Of a stretch of 34,044 bases of DNA, positions 1 through 10,340 are shown piece after piece. Below the pieces are notes generated by a model, which saw nothing but the letters and a program-made list of their open reading frames with translations, did not search any database and was not told the origin of the DNA. Source of the stretch: Candidatus Woesearchaeota archaeon (GTDB lineage: Archaea; Nanobdellota; Nanobdellia; Pacearchaeales; GW2011-AR1); contig CAYUCQ010000002.1 of NCBI GenBank assembly GCA_964443535.1, positions 1-34,044 of the forward strand, in the 5' to 3' direction. A program made the position numbers and the translations under genes. Within the stretch, counting starts at the first letter, position 1. Every line of letters starts with the position of its first letter.

Positions 1-217
1 TGAGCAAACTACTGGCAAAATCATCAGAAACATTAAATATCCTCGGAACTCTCGGAGGAACTCCTTGAACAGTGGCAGTAGCGTTAAAAGGTCCAAGTTG
101 CGGTTCTTCAAACAATCCTTTTAGCCAATCACCAAAACCTGCGCTGGCAAAAGAAATTGTTGCAAATAAAATAAATACAGAAAATATAATATAAATAATT
201 TTTTTATTCTTCATCAT
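1..217 (-). CDS. Secreted protein, N-terminal 72 aa only (runs off the window edge)
   Basis: Manual translation MMKNKKIIYIIFSVFILFATISFASAGFGDWLKGLFEEPQLGPF...: basic N-region, hydrophobic core and ASA cleavage motif. TATA-like TTTATAAA near 253-260. Not in the ORF track. Confidence 0.75.
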   Translation of the reverse strand, partial: MMKNKKIIYIIFSVFILFATISFASAGFGDWLKGLFEEPQLGPFNATATVQGVPPRVPRIFNVSDDFASSLL

Positions 218-275
218 CTCTCTTAAACTTTAATATCTATTATTCTCAACTATTTATAAACATTTCGCTAAAAAC

Positions 276-3200
276 TTATATAAACGTATGCGGCGGTATT
301 GTAGTTATTTCCCAAGTGTTTGCTCCGCCAGCTCTATACTCTGCAGCAGCGATAATTGGAACTTCTCTAAGGCAAATAAATATTTCTTCTTGTCCTGAAT
401 TTGCATCTTCTGTATTCTTGGAATTGTTGCCAGAAGGCAAGCTGGCTCCAACAGCTTGCTTTTGCACGCCGTGCTCCAAGATAGTCTCTGCACACGATAA
501 CGAGCTAGTGCTGCTAATGCTGAAATTAGGAGCAGAAATTAAATTAGTTCCAGAAGGCTGCTGCAAAAGATTTCTTCCTGTAATATTAATATTGCTAAAA
601 AGAGTATTTCCAGTATTATTCAGCAATAAGTCAACGCTCTTATTTTTCTCTCCTGGCACTAGATTTCCAAAAGATAAAACACCTTGATGTGAAACAAAAG
701 CTTCTGACATTAAAATAAAGCTCTCGTTCCTAAAGCCTTGCCCTCCCAAAGAATCAATGACAGAAGAGCTAACATTCCATTGCCCTGGAGAATCAAAATA
801 CCATATGTCCACAGAGCACGAGTAATTTGCAGTTACAGAATTTACATCTGCTAAGCGGGCGCAGGAAGAATTTGTCCTAACTAATGTTCCGTTGCTAAAG
901 CTGGCGTTTAAATTAACTAAATTCTGCAGCTTGCCGCTCTGCACTAAAACAGAAAAATTAACATATCTCACCCTGCCAGGATTTATATTCAAATTGCCTA
1001 TATTAGAAATATCAAGAACCTTCAAGGGAAAGTCTATGAATAAATATCTTTCTTCTGTTTTGTTTTTATTTCCCACAAAATCTCCTGCAAATGTCTGATA
1101 TCTATAGCTTCCATCTGTTAAATTACTTTGATTAACATATAAGCTCCATGCAGTTTGATTATATTTGTTAAGATTAGAATAATACTGCTCCATCACCTCA
1201 CTTCCAGATAGACTTCTATTCCAAATTTTAACCTCGTCAATTGTCCCATTAAATGTTTTTGCAGCAGTATCGTCATTTCCTATAATTACAGGTATTTCAT
1301 ACGGGATATCTAAACTCTGGAGAGTCGTAACAGTAGAGTCTATCACAATTCCATTTATATAAAGAGTTAAAGAGCTTCCTGCAACATAAACGCCAGTATA
1401 ATAATTCCACTTGTTAATTACAAAGGGATCATATCCAAAAGGAGTATTAACTCCTGCAGAACCTCCGCCTTTTCTTACTGTAAATGCTACACGCCCTCCA
1501 TTGTTGCTTCTGTAAAGAAATCTAAATGGTCCGTAATTTTTGCTTTCATTTGACTTGGATAATATAGTTACATCTGAAAAAACAGGTCGTATGCGCGCCC
1601 AAAAAGATACTGTCAATCCAGAAGAATAATTTTGATTTAAAGAAGTTGCATTTCCCACATTAATAAAATCGCCATCGCCGTCAAATTCATAAGCTCCCCC
1701 ATATTTCCCGCTAGAATTAAAAGTAGCTCCTACAACAAGACCATTATTCTTATATCTGCTGACATCTGCTACATAAGTAAAATTCTCTCCCAGAAGGCTT
1801 CTATTATCAAAATTAGTCATAAGAATAATAGACTCGTCATATAATGTAAAATTAGTGCCATTCCAATTAAAAATAACTTCTTTCAAATTATCTTCTGTTA
1901 TACTGACATTTATGCCTACAAAATAACTTTGTATAGTAGTCCCATTAGGAGGAGTTGGATTAGTAAAATTAAGCTCGGGAACAAAACTATCTTCTCCAAA
2001 ACCAAAGAATAAGTTTCTATTACTAATCATATTCCAAGATTGCATTAGAGTCTGGCTCAAATCAGAAGGAGTAGCGCTAAACATATAATTAGAATAATAA
2101 TTAGTTTCCGTGCCTCCAGTATTATTTTGCACATATTCAAGAACAGATTGCTTTGCTATCTTTCCATTGCTTCCTGTTAAAACAGAAAATCGCAGATTGT
2201 CATTTATATCTCTCGCACTTATATTCGCATTCGGCGCTGCAGAGCTATTTGTATAATTAGCATAAGCTTCGACATACCAATGCACATTCAAAGTGCCTTG
2301 GGCGCCATCATCCCAAAAATTATCTAAACTTCCTATTGATCCTGTTACATTAGTAAAGTTCCACTCCCCGCCTAAAACAGAGCTGTTAATTACAAAATCA
2401 CCAATTCCAGAAGCAGAGGCATTCAATGCTCCGTCATATAAACTAAAGTTATGATTTCCATCATCAAGATAAAAGCCGTAACTAGAAAGGCCCGCAATAG
2501 TTTTAAAATTAAAATCTCTAAATATATTATTGTTTGAGCTCGTGCCTAATATTGCGCCAATGCTTGAAATACCAGAAGTAAAAACTCTGCTTAAACTAAA
2601 ATTATTGTTATTGCTTGAGATAAGAGCGATACCATGTCCAAATGATCCGCTAGAGTTAATAGTGCTATTATGGATGTCTGTATTAAAACTTGAGATTAAA
2701 ATAATACCAAAACCTTGCTCACCAAAAGTAGTGATGGTATTGTTAGAAAGTTTGCTAAAATTAGTGCCGCTTGACAAAATGACCCCATAGCTGACATTGG
2801 AAAAAGTAGTAATCTTATTATTTTTCAAACTATTATTTAATCCGCTCAAAAGTTCAATTCCATATCCTGTACTGCCTAATGTAATTATTATATTATCACT
2901 AAAATTATTTCTGTCAGAAGTTGTAAGCGCAAAGTGAAGAGAAATTCCTCTTGTACTATTTCCAAAAGTAGTAATATTATTTTTATGAATAAAATTGTCT
3001 GTGCTTCCTCCTACAGTGATGCCATCTGCAAGGTTATTTCCGGTGATGATAAGATTATTGCCTACTAAGTTATTTGAAGACTGGGAAATAACTCTAATTC
3101 CTTTTGCATTAAAGCCTTTAGTTGTGATATTGTTATATAAAACACTTGAGTTGCCAATACTATTAATATGAATGCCATGTGCATCATTATCATTAGTAAC

Positions 3201-5036
3201 TACCGTATTATTAACAACATTATAATTTTTTCCATCCAAATCCAGATAAATTCCATAGCTGAAACTATCAAAAGTCTTTATTGAATTATTCGCAACCATC
3301 ATATTAGCGCCGCCTCTCAATCGTATTCCCTTTCCGCCATCAGTTTGGAAGCTGTTATTCGTTATTGTGGCATTAAATGCAAGGAAGAAATTAATTCCAT
3401 GGTTATCTGCCCTGTTTAAGCCCTGAGTTATTTTGCAATTTCTTATAGTAGTATAATTATTTCCAAGTACAGAAGAAAATCCATACCTTGCTGCGCCAAG
3501 AACTGTTCCATAAGTTATTCCAAATCCCTTGCAGTCCAAAGTTACATTATTTGCCAAGACGCTAAAACAAGTTGCTGTAGAAGCCACATTAGCAGTCAAT
3601 GTATAAACACAGTTTGGAACATCCAGATTTCCGCACACTGCAGTGCCTCCACAAGCCAGATTATTGGCATAGGCTGTTTCATTTCCGAACTCAAACTTTA
3701 ATGTATGCGCTCCTGGTGTTAAAACTTTGCTTGTCTCGTAACTAGTAAAATTGCAGGAATAATTTTCAACCAGTGCGTAGCAAGAATCTGTTGCGCAGCT
3801 CTCCCCTCCAATAAACTGCGTGTTAACAATATTTTCTCCGCATTTTAATTCCAAGAATTTCAAATCATATCCTTCTTCAGCAGAATCTGTCCATGTTGTC
3901 CCATTTGTGGCAGTTATTTTCAAATCAGCTGTTCCTGTGGTATTAAATAAGACAGTCCAATTGCCTCCAACTGTAGGATAACTCTGCACATTAAGAATAG
4001 TTATGCTAATTTCAAAAGTCTGATTGCTTAAATGAGGAGTATTCCATTCAACATAATCAATAAGTCCATTGCTATTTTTATCAAAAGCGCTAAATGGCTC
4101 ATAGCTTCCTTCTTCAACCCAATAAACTCTAATAGAACTTTCTTTTCCAACTGCCAAAATTTCCGGCAAATCAGTAAAAGTTAGAATATTTTCATATCCT
4201 AGTTCTGGTCCAGAAATAAAAACTTTTTTCTTATGCTCATCAATCTGCTCCTCAAAAGCGGCAGGCCCATCAGTAGCATATTCAACTTCATAAACAGCCG
4301 TCTCGTCCTGAACAACAACTTCTTTAGAATCTCCTTTCTCTATTATCTCGCTCTCTACTAATTCAGGGCTTGTTAATATTTCCGGCTCTTCACTATTATT
4401 TAGCTCTTCAGTTTCATTAATAATCTTATCAACCGTTTCATTTACAACTTTTTCTTGAACAGCAATTTCTGAATCATTTATCTCAAGTCCAGTTTCATTC
4501 TTAGTTTCATTTAAAATAATCTCGCCTTTAGTTTCATCAACAGTTTCTTTAGCTACTTTTTTTTCTTTTTCAACAACCTCGCTCTCTGCAACATTAGCCT
4601 CTGCTATTTTCTTAATTACAATATTTTCTGCTTCTTTAGGAAGCAGAATTACATTCTCGCCTTCTTTTAAATCAACTCTCTTTATCCATTTTACAGGCTT
4701 TCCTATTACAGGCCTGTCAACAATCTGCGCATCAAAGCTGATATTAGAAGCTTTTTCTATAGCAGGAGCAAAAAAAACATAATCCTGGCCTAAAAGATTA
4801 GAAAAGATGCCAAAAGTTAATCCTAAAAAAACAGATATCAAAACAATAAGGGAGATATTAACTAAAAACACTTTCTTATCATCTTTAACTAAAGGCGAAT
4901 TTGCACTATCATTAGACTCATTTTTTTTAGCAGGTCCAAGATAAGTATTAACAACTTTTCCATTTAGCCTTTTAGTCTCATATAAGTAAGGCCCAAATAC
5001 CTTGCCTCCTTTTTTTATATATTTATGATACGCCAT
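276..5036 (-). CDS. Giant membrane-anchored surface protein with right-handed beta-helix (NosD/PbH1-like) repeats, LamG/concanavalin-like domain and Ig-like segments
   Basis: 1586 aa. N-terminal TM helix, repeated GI.l..s.nn.i.nN.I.T beta-helix turns, LamG motifs (GAYEFDGDGDFI, FNGTIDEVKIWNRSLS) and many NxS/T sequons. Confidence 0.85.
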   Translation of the reverse strand: MAYHKYIKKGGKVFGPYLYETKRLNGKVVNTYLGPAKKNESNDSANSPLVKDDKKVFLVNISLIVLISVFLGLTFGIFSNLLGQDYVFFAPAIEKASNISFDAQIVDRPVIGKPVKWIKRVDLKEGENVILLPKEAENIVIKKIAEANVAESEVVEKEKKVAKETVDETKGEIILNETKNETGLEINDSEIAVQEKVVNETVDKIINETEELNNSEEPEILTSPELVESEIIEKGDSKEVVVQDETAVYEVEYATDGPAAFEEQIDEHKKKVFISGPELGYENILTFTDLPEILAVGKESSIRVYWVEEGSYEPFSAFDKNSNGLIDYVEWNTPHLSNQTFEISITILNVQSYPTVGGNWTVLFNTTGTADLKITATNGTTWTDSAEEGYDLKFLELKCGENIVNTQFIGGESCATDSCYALVENYSCNFTSYETSKVLTPGAHTLKFEFGNETAYANNLACGGTAVCGNLDVPNCVYTLTANVASTATCFSVLANNVTLDCKGFGITYGTVLGAARYGFSSVLGNNYTTIRNCKITQGLNRADNHGINFFLAFNATITNNSFQTDGGKGIRLRGGANMMVANNSIKTFDSFSYGIYLDLDGKNYNVVNNTVVTNDNDAHGIHINSIGNSSVLYNNITTKGFNAKGIRVISQSSNNLVGNNLIITGNNLADGITVGGSTDNFIHKNNITTFGNSTRGISLHFALTTSDRNNFSDNIIITLGSTGYGIELLSGLNNSLKNNKITTFSNVSYGVILSSGTNFSKLSNNTITTFGEQGFGIILISSFNTDIHNSTINSSGSFGHGIALISSNNNNFSLSRVFTSGISSIGAILGTSSNNNIFRDFNFKTIAGLSSYGFYLDDGNHNFSLYDGALNASASGIGDFVINSSVLGGEWNFTNVTGSIGSLDNFWDDGAQGTLNVHWYVEAYANYTNSSAAPNANISARDINDNLRFSVLTGSNGKIAKQSVLEYVQNNTGGTETNYYSNYMFSATPSDLSQTLMQSWNMISNRNLFFGFGEDSFVPELNFTNPTPPNGTTIQSYFVGINVSITEDNLKEVIFNWNGTNFTLYDESIILMTNFDNRSLLGENFTYVADVSRYKNNGLVVGATFNSSGKYGGAYEFDGDGDFINVGNATSLNQNYSSGLTVSFWARIRPVFSDVTILSKSNESKNYGPFRFLYRSNNGGRVAFTVRKGGGSAGVNTPFGYDPFVINKWNYYTGVYVAGSSLTLYINGIVIDSTVTTLQSLDIPYEIPVIIGNDDTAAKTFNGTIDEVKIWNRSLSGSEVMEQYYSNLNKYNQTAWSLYVNQSNLTDGSYRYQTFAGDFVGNKNKTEERYLFIDFPLKVLDISNIGNLNINPGRVRYVNFSVLVQSGKLQNLVNLNASFSNGTLVRTNSSCARLADVNSVTANYSCSVDIWYFDSPGQWNVSSSVIDSLGGQGFRNESFILMSEAFVSHQGVLSFGNLVPGEKNKSVDLLLNNTGNTLFSNINITGRNLLQQPSGTNLISAPNFSISSTSSLSCAETILEHGVQKQAVGASLPSGNNSKNTEDANSGQEEIFICLREVPIIAAAEYRAGGANTWEITTIPPHTFI

Positions 5037-5126
5037 GCCTTCTTTTTTTAATATTGTAAGTAACTAAGCTTTAAAGAGCAAAGCAAGAATAGTTTATAAG
5101 TCTTATTGGTTAAAAAGTAAGTAACT

Positions 5127-8100
5127 CTACTTTTTTTCTTGCTTGGGTTTTTCTTTCACGACTGATTTTTCTTTTGCAACTATAATTTTAGTACTATGTA
5201 TGAATTTGCGCAATTCTTTTTCTTTGACTTTGAAAGGCGAGTGAAGCAAGGGCCTGAATTCAATAAAGTAAGGAGAGCCTTTATTGTAATCAGAGCACTC
5301 TACCATGCCTAATCCTGTAGACAATCTTGAAAGCAGAGTGCTTATCTTTGAGCTGTGCCTGTCTCTCGCTCTTTTAATGTCTCCCTCATATCTTGTTCTC
5401 ATCTGTATTTGAGTTCCTATATTTCCCCTTATAGCCCCTTTGAAGTCTGTCAGCACTTGAGAAATCATTAGCAATCCTATGCCCCATTTTCTAAACTCTC
5501 TGACTGCCTGCTCAAGCTTGACATAAGCTCTGCTGCCGCCATATTTAGGCAATAATCTATGAACTTCGTCAAGTACAATCAAATGCCTCAAAGAGCTGCT
5601 CTCTGACAATCTCGCCCTGTAAATTCTATCAAGACTATTTTCAATAAACATATCCAAGACTTTAGGAGACAATTTATCCAGCTTGAATATTGTTAATCCT
5701 GATTTCTTCAAATAATAAACAACATCCAAATTCATGGTGTTTTTATTAATTTCAATAACTCTGGCATTAAACGCCATTGGCTTGCTCAAGGAAAACTTCT
5801 TGTAAAGCGAGCGCATTCCTTTATCATTATTTTTTTCAAGGAAGCCTGTCCATTGTCCTGTAGGATCAAAAACAATAATGCTCTGTCCTGCTCTCTTCTT
5901 TAATAATTCCTCAACAGCAACCATTCCTGCAACAGTCTTTCCTGCGCCTGTTCCTCCTGCAATTAAAGTGTGCCTGTTCAACTGCGTATGGTCAAGATAA
6001 GTCTTGACTCCAGAGTCTGCAACATGCCCTACATAAGCGAAATGCGACTTAGGAAGCAAAGCAAAGTCCGGAAATACATATATGCTCTTCTTCTTCATTT
6101 CTTCTACTTTTTTCTCAAACAACCTGCGCCTCAAATAAGCAAAATAATAAATTAATATTATAACTAATATAACAACAAACAAGCCTGCCAAAATAAAAGG
6201 AAGATAAACAACAGAAAAACTATTTGCTAAAAAACTGGAAAGCTTCCCAAACCCGCTTATGAAAGGGCTAAATAGCTGGCCTCTTCCAACTTTGAATGCC
6301 TGCTTAATCAGCACAACACTTTCAGAATCGTAGGATGCGCTTACAATCAATTCATAATCCCCAAAATTAACATTATTTGGAATATTCAGCTTTTTTTCCA
6401 GCGATAAAGAATCTTCAATTTTCAAATTCTCTGTTTCGCTTGAAACTATATTGCCTTCATTATCAACAATCACATAGAGAAATTCCACATCATAACTATC
6501 AAGTCTGCCAAGATTAAAAACAGACATTTTGAACTCCAGCAAATCCCCTGGAAGAAGAACATATTTTTCAATAATCGCCTCCCCATTTAATAATTTCTCT
6601 TCCAAGCCCTTGACTATAATTCTTACTGGAAGAACATAAGCTGCTTCATTAGCACTCACACCAGAGCCTGCGACAGAAGTGACAAATCCGTTCTCTAATA
6701 TATTTTCGCCATCTTCAGCATCCTCTCCAAAGAAATATATATTTCCAACATAAACACCCTTATCTAATCCAAATATTCTGATTCTAACATCTCTTGTCTG
6801 CAATGCTGGTATTTCCACACTATTATTTACAGAAATTATATTAGCCAAGGATTTATCAATTAAAACATCTATCTTCGTCAAAATATTTATCTTTAAATCG
6901 TTTTCATCCAGGCTTGTAATAAGAATGTTTTCAAAAACTTCTTCTCCGATATTCATCACTCTTTCTATAGTGTTTACGCTAACATGAAAATTTCCTTTTT
7001 CAAGAACAAGCTTGGGCTTAGCCACAGAGGTCGTTCCGCTACCACTGCTCCCGCTAGAGCTGCTGCTCGTGCTAGCAGCAACAGCAGTAGAAATGCTAAA
7101 TGTCCTGCTATGAGTATAATTCTTATTTCCCATAGTGTCATTTGCATAAACACTAAGAGTATAACTGCCGTCGGCTATGCTGGAATTAGTGCGATTAAAC
7201 ACTGCCCCGAACAAGCTTGTATGATCAGCGCTATAAAACATGCTAAAATTATTTATCCCTCCATTTAGGCTATATTGCACGCTTCCATTCTCATTTAAAG
7301 AGACATTAATATTAACAGAAGAGGCGCCAATGCTTTGCCCATCTGTAGGAGCATTTATAGTAACTATAGGCGCAATACTATCGTTATTAAAACTAAATAT
7401 CAAATTTCTATTAGTAGTCATATTCCATGATTGAGATAATACTTCTCCAGGCAAAGTAGCATTAAATGTATAATTAGAATAATAATTAGTTTCTACTCCT
7501 CCGCTGTCATTTTGCGTGTATTCCAGCAATGCTTGTTTCACAATTCTTCCATCGCTTCCTGTTAAGACAGAAAATCGCACGAAATTATTAATGTCAAAAG
7601 CGCTTACATTCGCATTGGGTGCTGCAGAATTGTTTGCATAGCTTGCATTGACTTCCAAATGCCAGTGCACATTTAAAGTTCCATTAGCTCCTGCATTCCA
7701 TGTTTTGTCACTAAATGTAACATTTGTAAGATTCCAAATACCTCCATTTGCAGCGCCTGCCACAAGAAAATCATCTGCACTTGAAGACAATGAGCTATCA
7801 CTAAAACTAAAATTATTATTGTTTCCTGAAATATAAATATTACTAGTACCAACAGCACCGCCTCTTATAACATGGTTGCTAAAACTATTATTGTTAGTGC
7901 CTGTATTCTCGCCAAAAAGAACACCTACGCCATTAGCACCTATATTATGAATAAAATTGCCTATAAATTGATTATTTAAAGATCTAGCCAGATTAACGCC
8001 ATTGCCGCTGCCAAAAGCAGTAAGATTATTATGATATATTCTATTATTAAAAGCGGTAGTAGAGTCTAACTCTATCACATGCGAAGATGAACCATAAGTT

Positions 8101-10037
8101 GAGATGTTATTATGACTAATGTTATTATTAGAACTCGCGCCAGAAATAAGAATACCGTCTGTGCTTGAGCCACTGGTTACAATTCTATTATGTATTACAG
8201 TATTATTGCTTGAAGAATCAAATATCAATCCTCTCGTAGCAGTAACATTAATAAAATTACTAATTATCATGTTACTCGATGATAAAAAATAAATGCCTGC
8301 ATTGCCTGCGCCTGTTCCGAAACTTAATATAGTGTTATTAGTTATATTTGTATACCTTGTAGCAAGGTTATCACTTATACCGACCGAGTTAGTCCCATTA
8401 ACTATTATAGTATTATTAAATATAGTAGTATTGAACGCGTTTGATAAGAAAATAGCATCGTCTGTATTTCCTGTAGTATTTCCTTCAAAGATAACAAGAT
8501 CTCTTATCATGCTAAAGTTTGCCGCAGTAACATATATTGCATAGGATGATTCAGAAGAATTAGTTCCGTTAATAGAATAGTTTATTGTATATCCCTGCCC
8601 ATTAAGAGTTATATTGTTAGCAGTTATATTAAAGCAAGTTCCGCTGCTTGAATTTACATCTTGTGTTAATGTATAAATTGAATTTGAAGTATTAAGGACC
8701 TGGCATGAGGTAACGCTAGGGTCAAATATATAATCAAAATCAACATCTCCTCCTCTAACTCTTAAATCAAAAGTATCCTGGCTGCTCATCAAATCATTCA
8801 ATAAAACCCTATATCTATCATCTGCAAATACTCCCCTGAATTCTGCAATCATATCATCTCCATTTTCCTCGTAAACTTCAATATCTGCGCTAGAACTGCT
8901 TCTCGCGAAGATAGTAATATCTTTGTTTGTAGTTAAATTAGTCTCAAAACTAATTCTAATATAATGTCCGTCAGGAATAGTTGCATAATCTCCATCTTTT
9001 GCTCTTATTTTTTCATAAACATCTTCAACAAAAACCTTATTTTCATCAAGATGCTCTGCATCAGTTATCAAAATTATCTCAAATGTCTGCTCACTCAAAT
9101 GAGGAACTATCCATGCTATATAATCATAAATTCCATCTGCGTCATTATCAAGAATATTTTCAGCAGGAATATATTTGCTTTCCTCTTTCCAATAAATTCT
9201 TACGCTTTCCGAATCACTAATGCCTATCTCTTCAGAAAGTTCTGTAAATGCAAGAACATTATCATAATGAATCTCGTCAGGCCCGATAATCTTTACTCGC
9301 TTTCCGTTCTCTAAATCTTCTTCAATAGAATAAGGTGCTTCAGTGTAATACTCTATTTCAACTTCAGATACAGGCTCCCTGACATCAAAATGAGTAACCT
9401 CCTGTTCAGTCGTTTCTTCAGAAACAGCAAGTCCTGTGAATCTCAAAAATCCCCTGCCAAAGCCCTGTTTATTTTCGTAAGAAGTATCAACAAAAACATT
9501 GCCTTCGTCATCAGTCAAAGTTTCATTTATTAATACATTAATTTCTTCATCAACTTGCTTAATATGAACAACAGATAAATTCTTTGCTATTAAAGGAATC
9601 GCGATTGAAAGATTTGAAGCTTTGGAAAGCACAATCTTTTTATTCCATTTTACAGGCATTCCAAGAATCGCCCCGTATTGAGATGTTTTTATATTGGCAT
9701 TAACTCCAGACTTATCATCAAAAACATCTATCTCTTTTATTAGAACATTATTTTCAATATAATCTAAAGTATTATCCCCATTTATCCCAATTTTTTCAGT
9801 TTTTTCAACAACAACACTGCCAGTTATTTCAAAAGGTGTGGCAAAAAGCAAAAGTAGGACAATGAAAAAGAGGCATAGGGTAAAAATAAGGAAAAATATA
9901 TTTTTCCTTTCATGAAAATATCCCTTCTTAGGCTGTCCAAGATAACTTGTAACAACTTTTCCATCTATCCTCTTATTCTCATACAAGTAAGGCCCGAATA
10001 CCTTCCCTCCTTTTTTTATATATTTCTCATAAACCAA
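5127..10037 (-). CDS. Giant surface beta-helix protein fused to a C-terminal HerA/FtsK-like (DUF87-type) P-loop ATPase
   Basis: 1636 aa, TTG start. N-terminal TM, beta-helix, Ser-rich linker, second TM followed by RRR, then RHTLIAGGTGAGKT (Walker A), VFDPTGQW, LIVLDEVHR (Walker B), REFRKWGIGLLMISQ. Confidence 0.85.
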   Translation of the reverse strand: MVYEKYIKKGGKVFGPYLYENKRIDGKVVTSYLGQPKKGYFHERKNIFFLIFTLCLFFIVLLLLFATPFEITGSVVVEKTEKIGINGDNTLDYIENNVLIKEIDVFDDKSGVNANIKTSQYGAILGMPVKWNKKIVLSKASNLSIAIPLIAKNLSVVHIKQVDEEINVLINETLTDDEGNVFVDTSYENKQGFGRGFLRFTGLAVSEETTEQEVTHFDVREPVSEVEIEYYTEAPYSIEEDLENGKRVKIIGPDEIHYDNVLAFTELSEEIGISDSESVRIYWKEESKYIPAENILDNDADGIYDYIAWIVPHLSEQTFEIILITDAEHLDENKVFVEDVYEKIRAKDGDYATIPDGHYIRISFETNLTTNKDITIFARSSSSADIEVYEENGDDMIAEFRGVFADDRYRVLLNDLMSSQDTFDLRVRGGDVDFDYIFDPSVTSCQVLNTSNSIYTLTQDVNSSSGTCFNITANNITLNGQGYTINYSINGTNSSESSYAIYVTAANFSMIRDLVIFEGNTTGNTDDAIFLSNAFNTTIFNNTIIVNGTNSVGISDNLATRYTNITNNTILSFGTGAGNAGIYFLSSSNMIISNFINVTATRGLIFDSSSNNTVIHNRIVTSGSSTDGILISGASSNNNISHNNISTYGSSSHVIELDSTTAFNNRIYHNNLTAFGSGNGVNLARSLNNQFIGNFIHNIGANGVGVLFGENTGTNNNSFSNHVIRGGAVGTSNIYISGNNNNFSFSDSSLSSSADDFLVAGAANGGIWNLTNVTFSDKTWNAGANGTLNVHWHLEVNASYANNSAAPNANVSAFDINNFVRFSVLTGSDGRIVKQALLEYTQNDSGGVETNYYSNYTFNATLPGEVLSQSWNMTTNRNLIFSFNNDSIAPIVTINAPTDGQSIGASSVNINVSLNENGSVQYSLNGGINNFSMFYSADHTSLFGAVFNRTNSSIADGSYTLSVYANDTMGNKNYTHSRTFSISTAVAASTSSSSSGSSGSGTTSVAKPKLVLEKGNFHVSVNTIERVMNIGEEVFENILITSLDENDLKINILTKIDVLIDKSLANIISVNNSVEIPALQTRDVRIRIFGLDKGVYVGNIYFFGEDAEDGENILENGFVTSVAGSGVSANEAAYVLPVRIIVKGLEEKLLNGEAIIEKYVLLPGDLLEFKMSVFNLGRLDSYDVEFLYVIVDNEGNIVSSETENLKIEDSLSLEKKLNIPNNVNFGDYELIVSASYDSESVVLIKQAFKVGRGQLFSPFISGFGKLSSFLANSFSVVYLPFILAGLFVVILVIILIYYFAYLRRRLFEKKVEEMKKKSIYVFPDFALLPKSHFAYVGHVADSGVKTYLDHTQLNRHTLIAGGTGAGKTVAGMVAVEELLKKRAGQSIIVFDPTGQWTGFLEKNNDKGMRSLYKKFSLSKPMAFNARVIEINKNTMNLDVVYYLKKSGLTIFKLDKLSPKVLDMFIENSLDRIYRARLSESSSLRHLIVLDEVHRLLPKYGGSRAYVKLEQAVREFRKWGIGLLMISQVLTDFKGAIRGNIGTQIQMRTRYEGDIKRARDRHSSKISTLLSRLSTGLGMVECSDYNKGSPYFIEFRPLLHSPFKVKEKELRKFIHSTKIIVAKEKSVVKEKPKQEKK

Positions 10038-10178
10038 ATTCGTAGGCTAACCTCTCTTTTAATGAAGGACAATAAGCAAAAAGACATTTATAAGTTTTGC
10101 TATATGTGGGTTAAAAGCCAAAATATAGAATTTTAGTAAAAGTCTTTCTGCTAAAAAAGCTCAATCTATATCCTGCAC

Positions 10179-10193
10179 AAGAAGCTTTAAAAA
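10179..10193 (+). promoter_or_regulatory. BRE/TATA promoter of the tRNA-Glu 5' half
   Basis: AAGAAGC-TTTAAAAA; TATA starts 31 nt before G1. Confidence 0.6.
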
Positions 10194-10216
10194 AGATGCA
10201 TCCTATCTATAAAAAT

Positions 10217-10254
10217 GCCTCTGTAGTCTAGTGGTCAAGGACACGGCCCTTTCG
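10217..10254 (+). tRNA. tRNA-Glu(UUC) 5' half (positions 1-37) of a split or disrupted gene
   Basis: GCCTCTG-TA-GTCT-AGTGGTCA-AGGAC-A-CGGCC-CT-TTC-G. No T-arm follows. The acceptor strand pairs with CAGGGGC at 16303-16309. Confidence 0.85.
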
Positions 10255-10257
10255 CGG
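10246..10257 (+). repeat. Left copy of the 12-bp core direct repeat (attL-like)
   Basis: GCCCTTTCGCGG, identical to 16267-16278 and spanning the 7-nt anticodon loop. Confidence 0.85.
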
Positions 10258-10271
10258 GGGAGAACAAAATT

Positions 10272-10324
10272 CCCCGTCTTTGAAGGGCGGAGAAACCAAG
10301 GCGAAAAGACCTTAAAGGGTGGAG
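10272..10324. repeat. Two imperfect 21-bp palindromes of consensus CTCCRCCCTT-N-AAGGGYGGAG at the left island end
   Basis: 10272-10292 CCCCGTCTTTGAAGGGCGGAG; 10304-10324 AAAAGACCTTAAAGGGTGGAG (left arm degenerate). Confidence 0.7.
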
Positions 10325-10340
10325 AGCATAGAAAAAACAT

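Noticed and set aside
7030-7095. GCT/AGC-rich repeat-like tract
   Set aside because: It encodes the Ser/Gly-rich linker of the surface protein and is not an independent repeat.
305-10136. Short ORFs overlapping the two giant genes (and similar ones inside ychF, hisS, the TPR gene, scpA and the helicase)
   Set aside because: Antisense or alternate-frame shadows of well-supported genes, with no motifs.
10286-10321. Degenerate tRNA 3' half directly after the 5' half
   Set aside because: There is no TTCRA T-loop and the anticodon and acceptor pairing is poor. The palindromes and promoter explain the sequence better.
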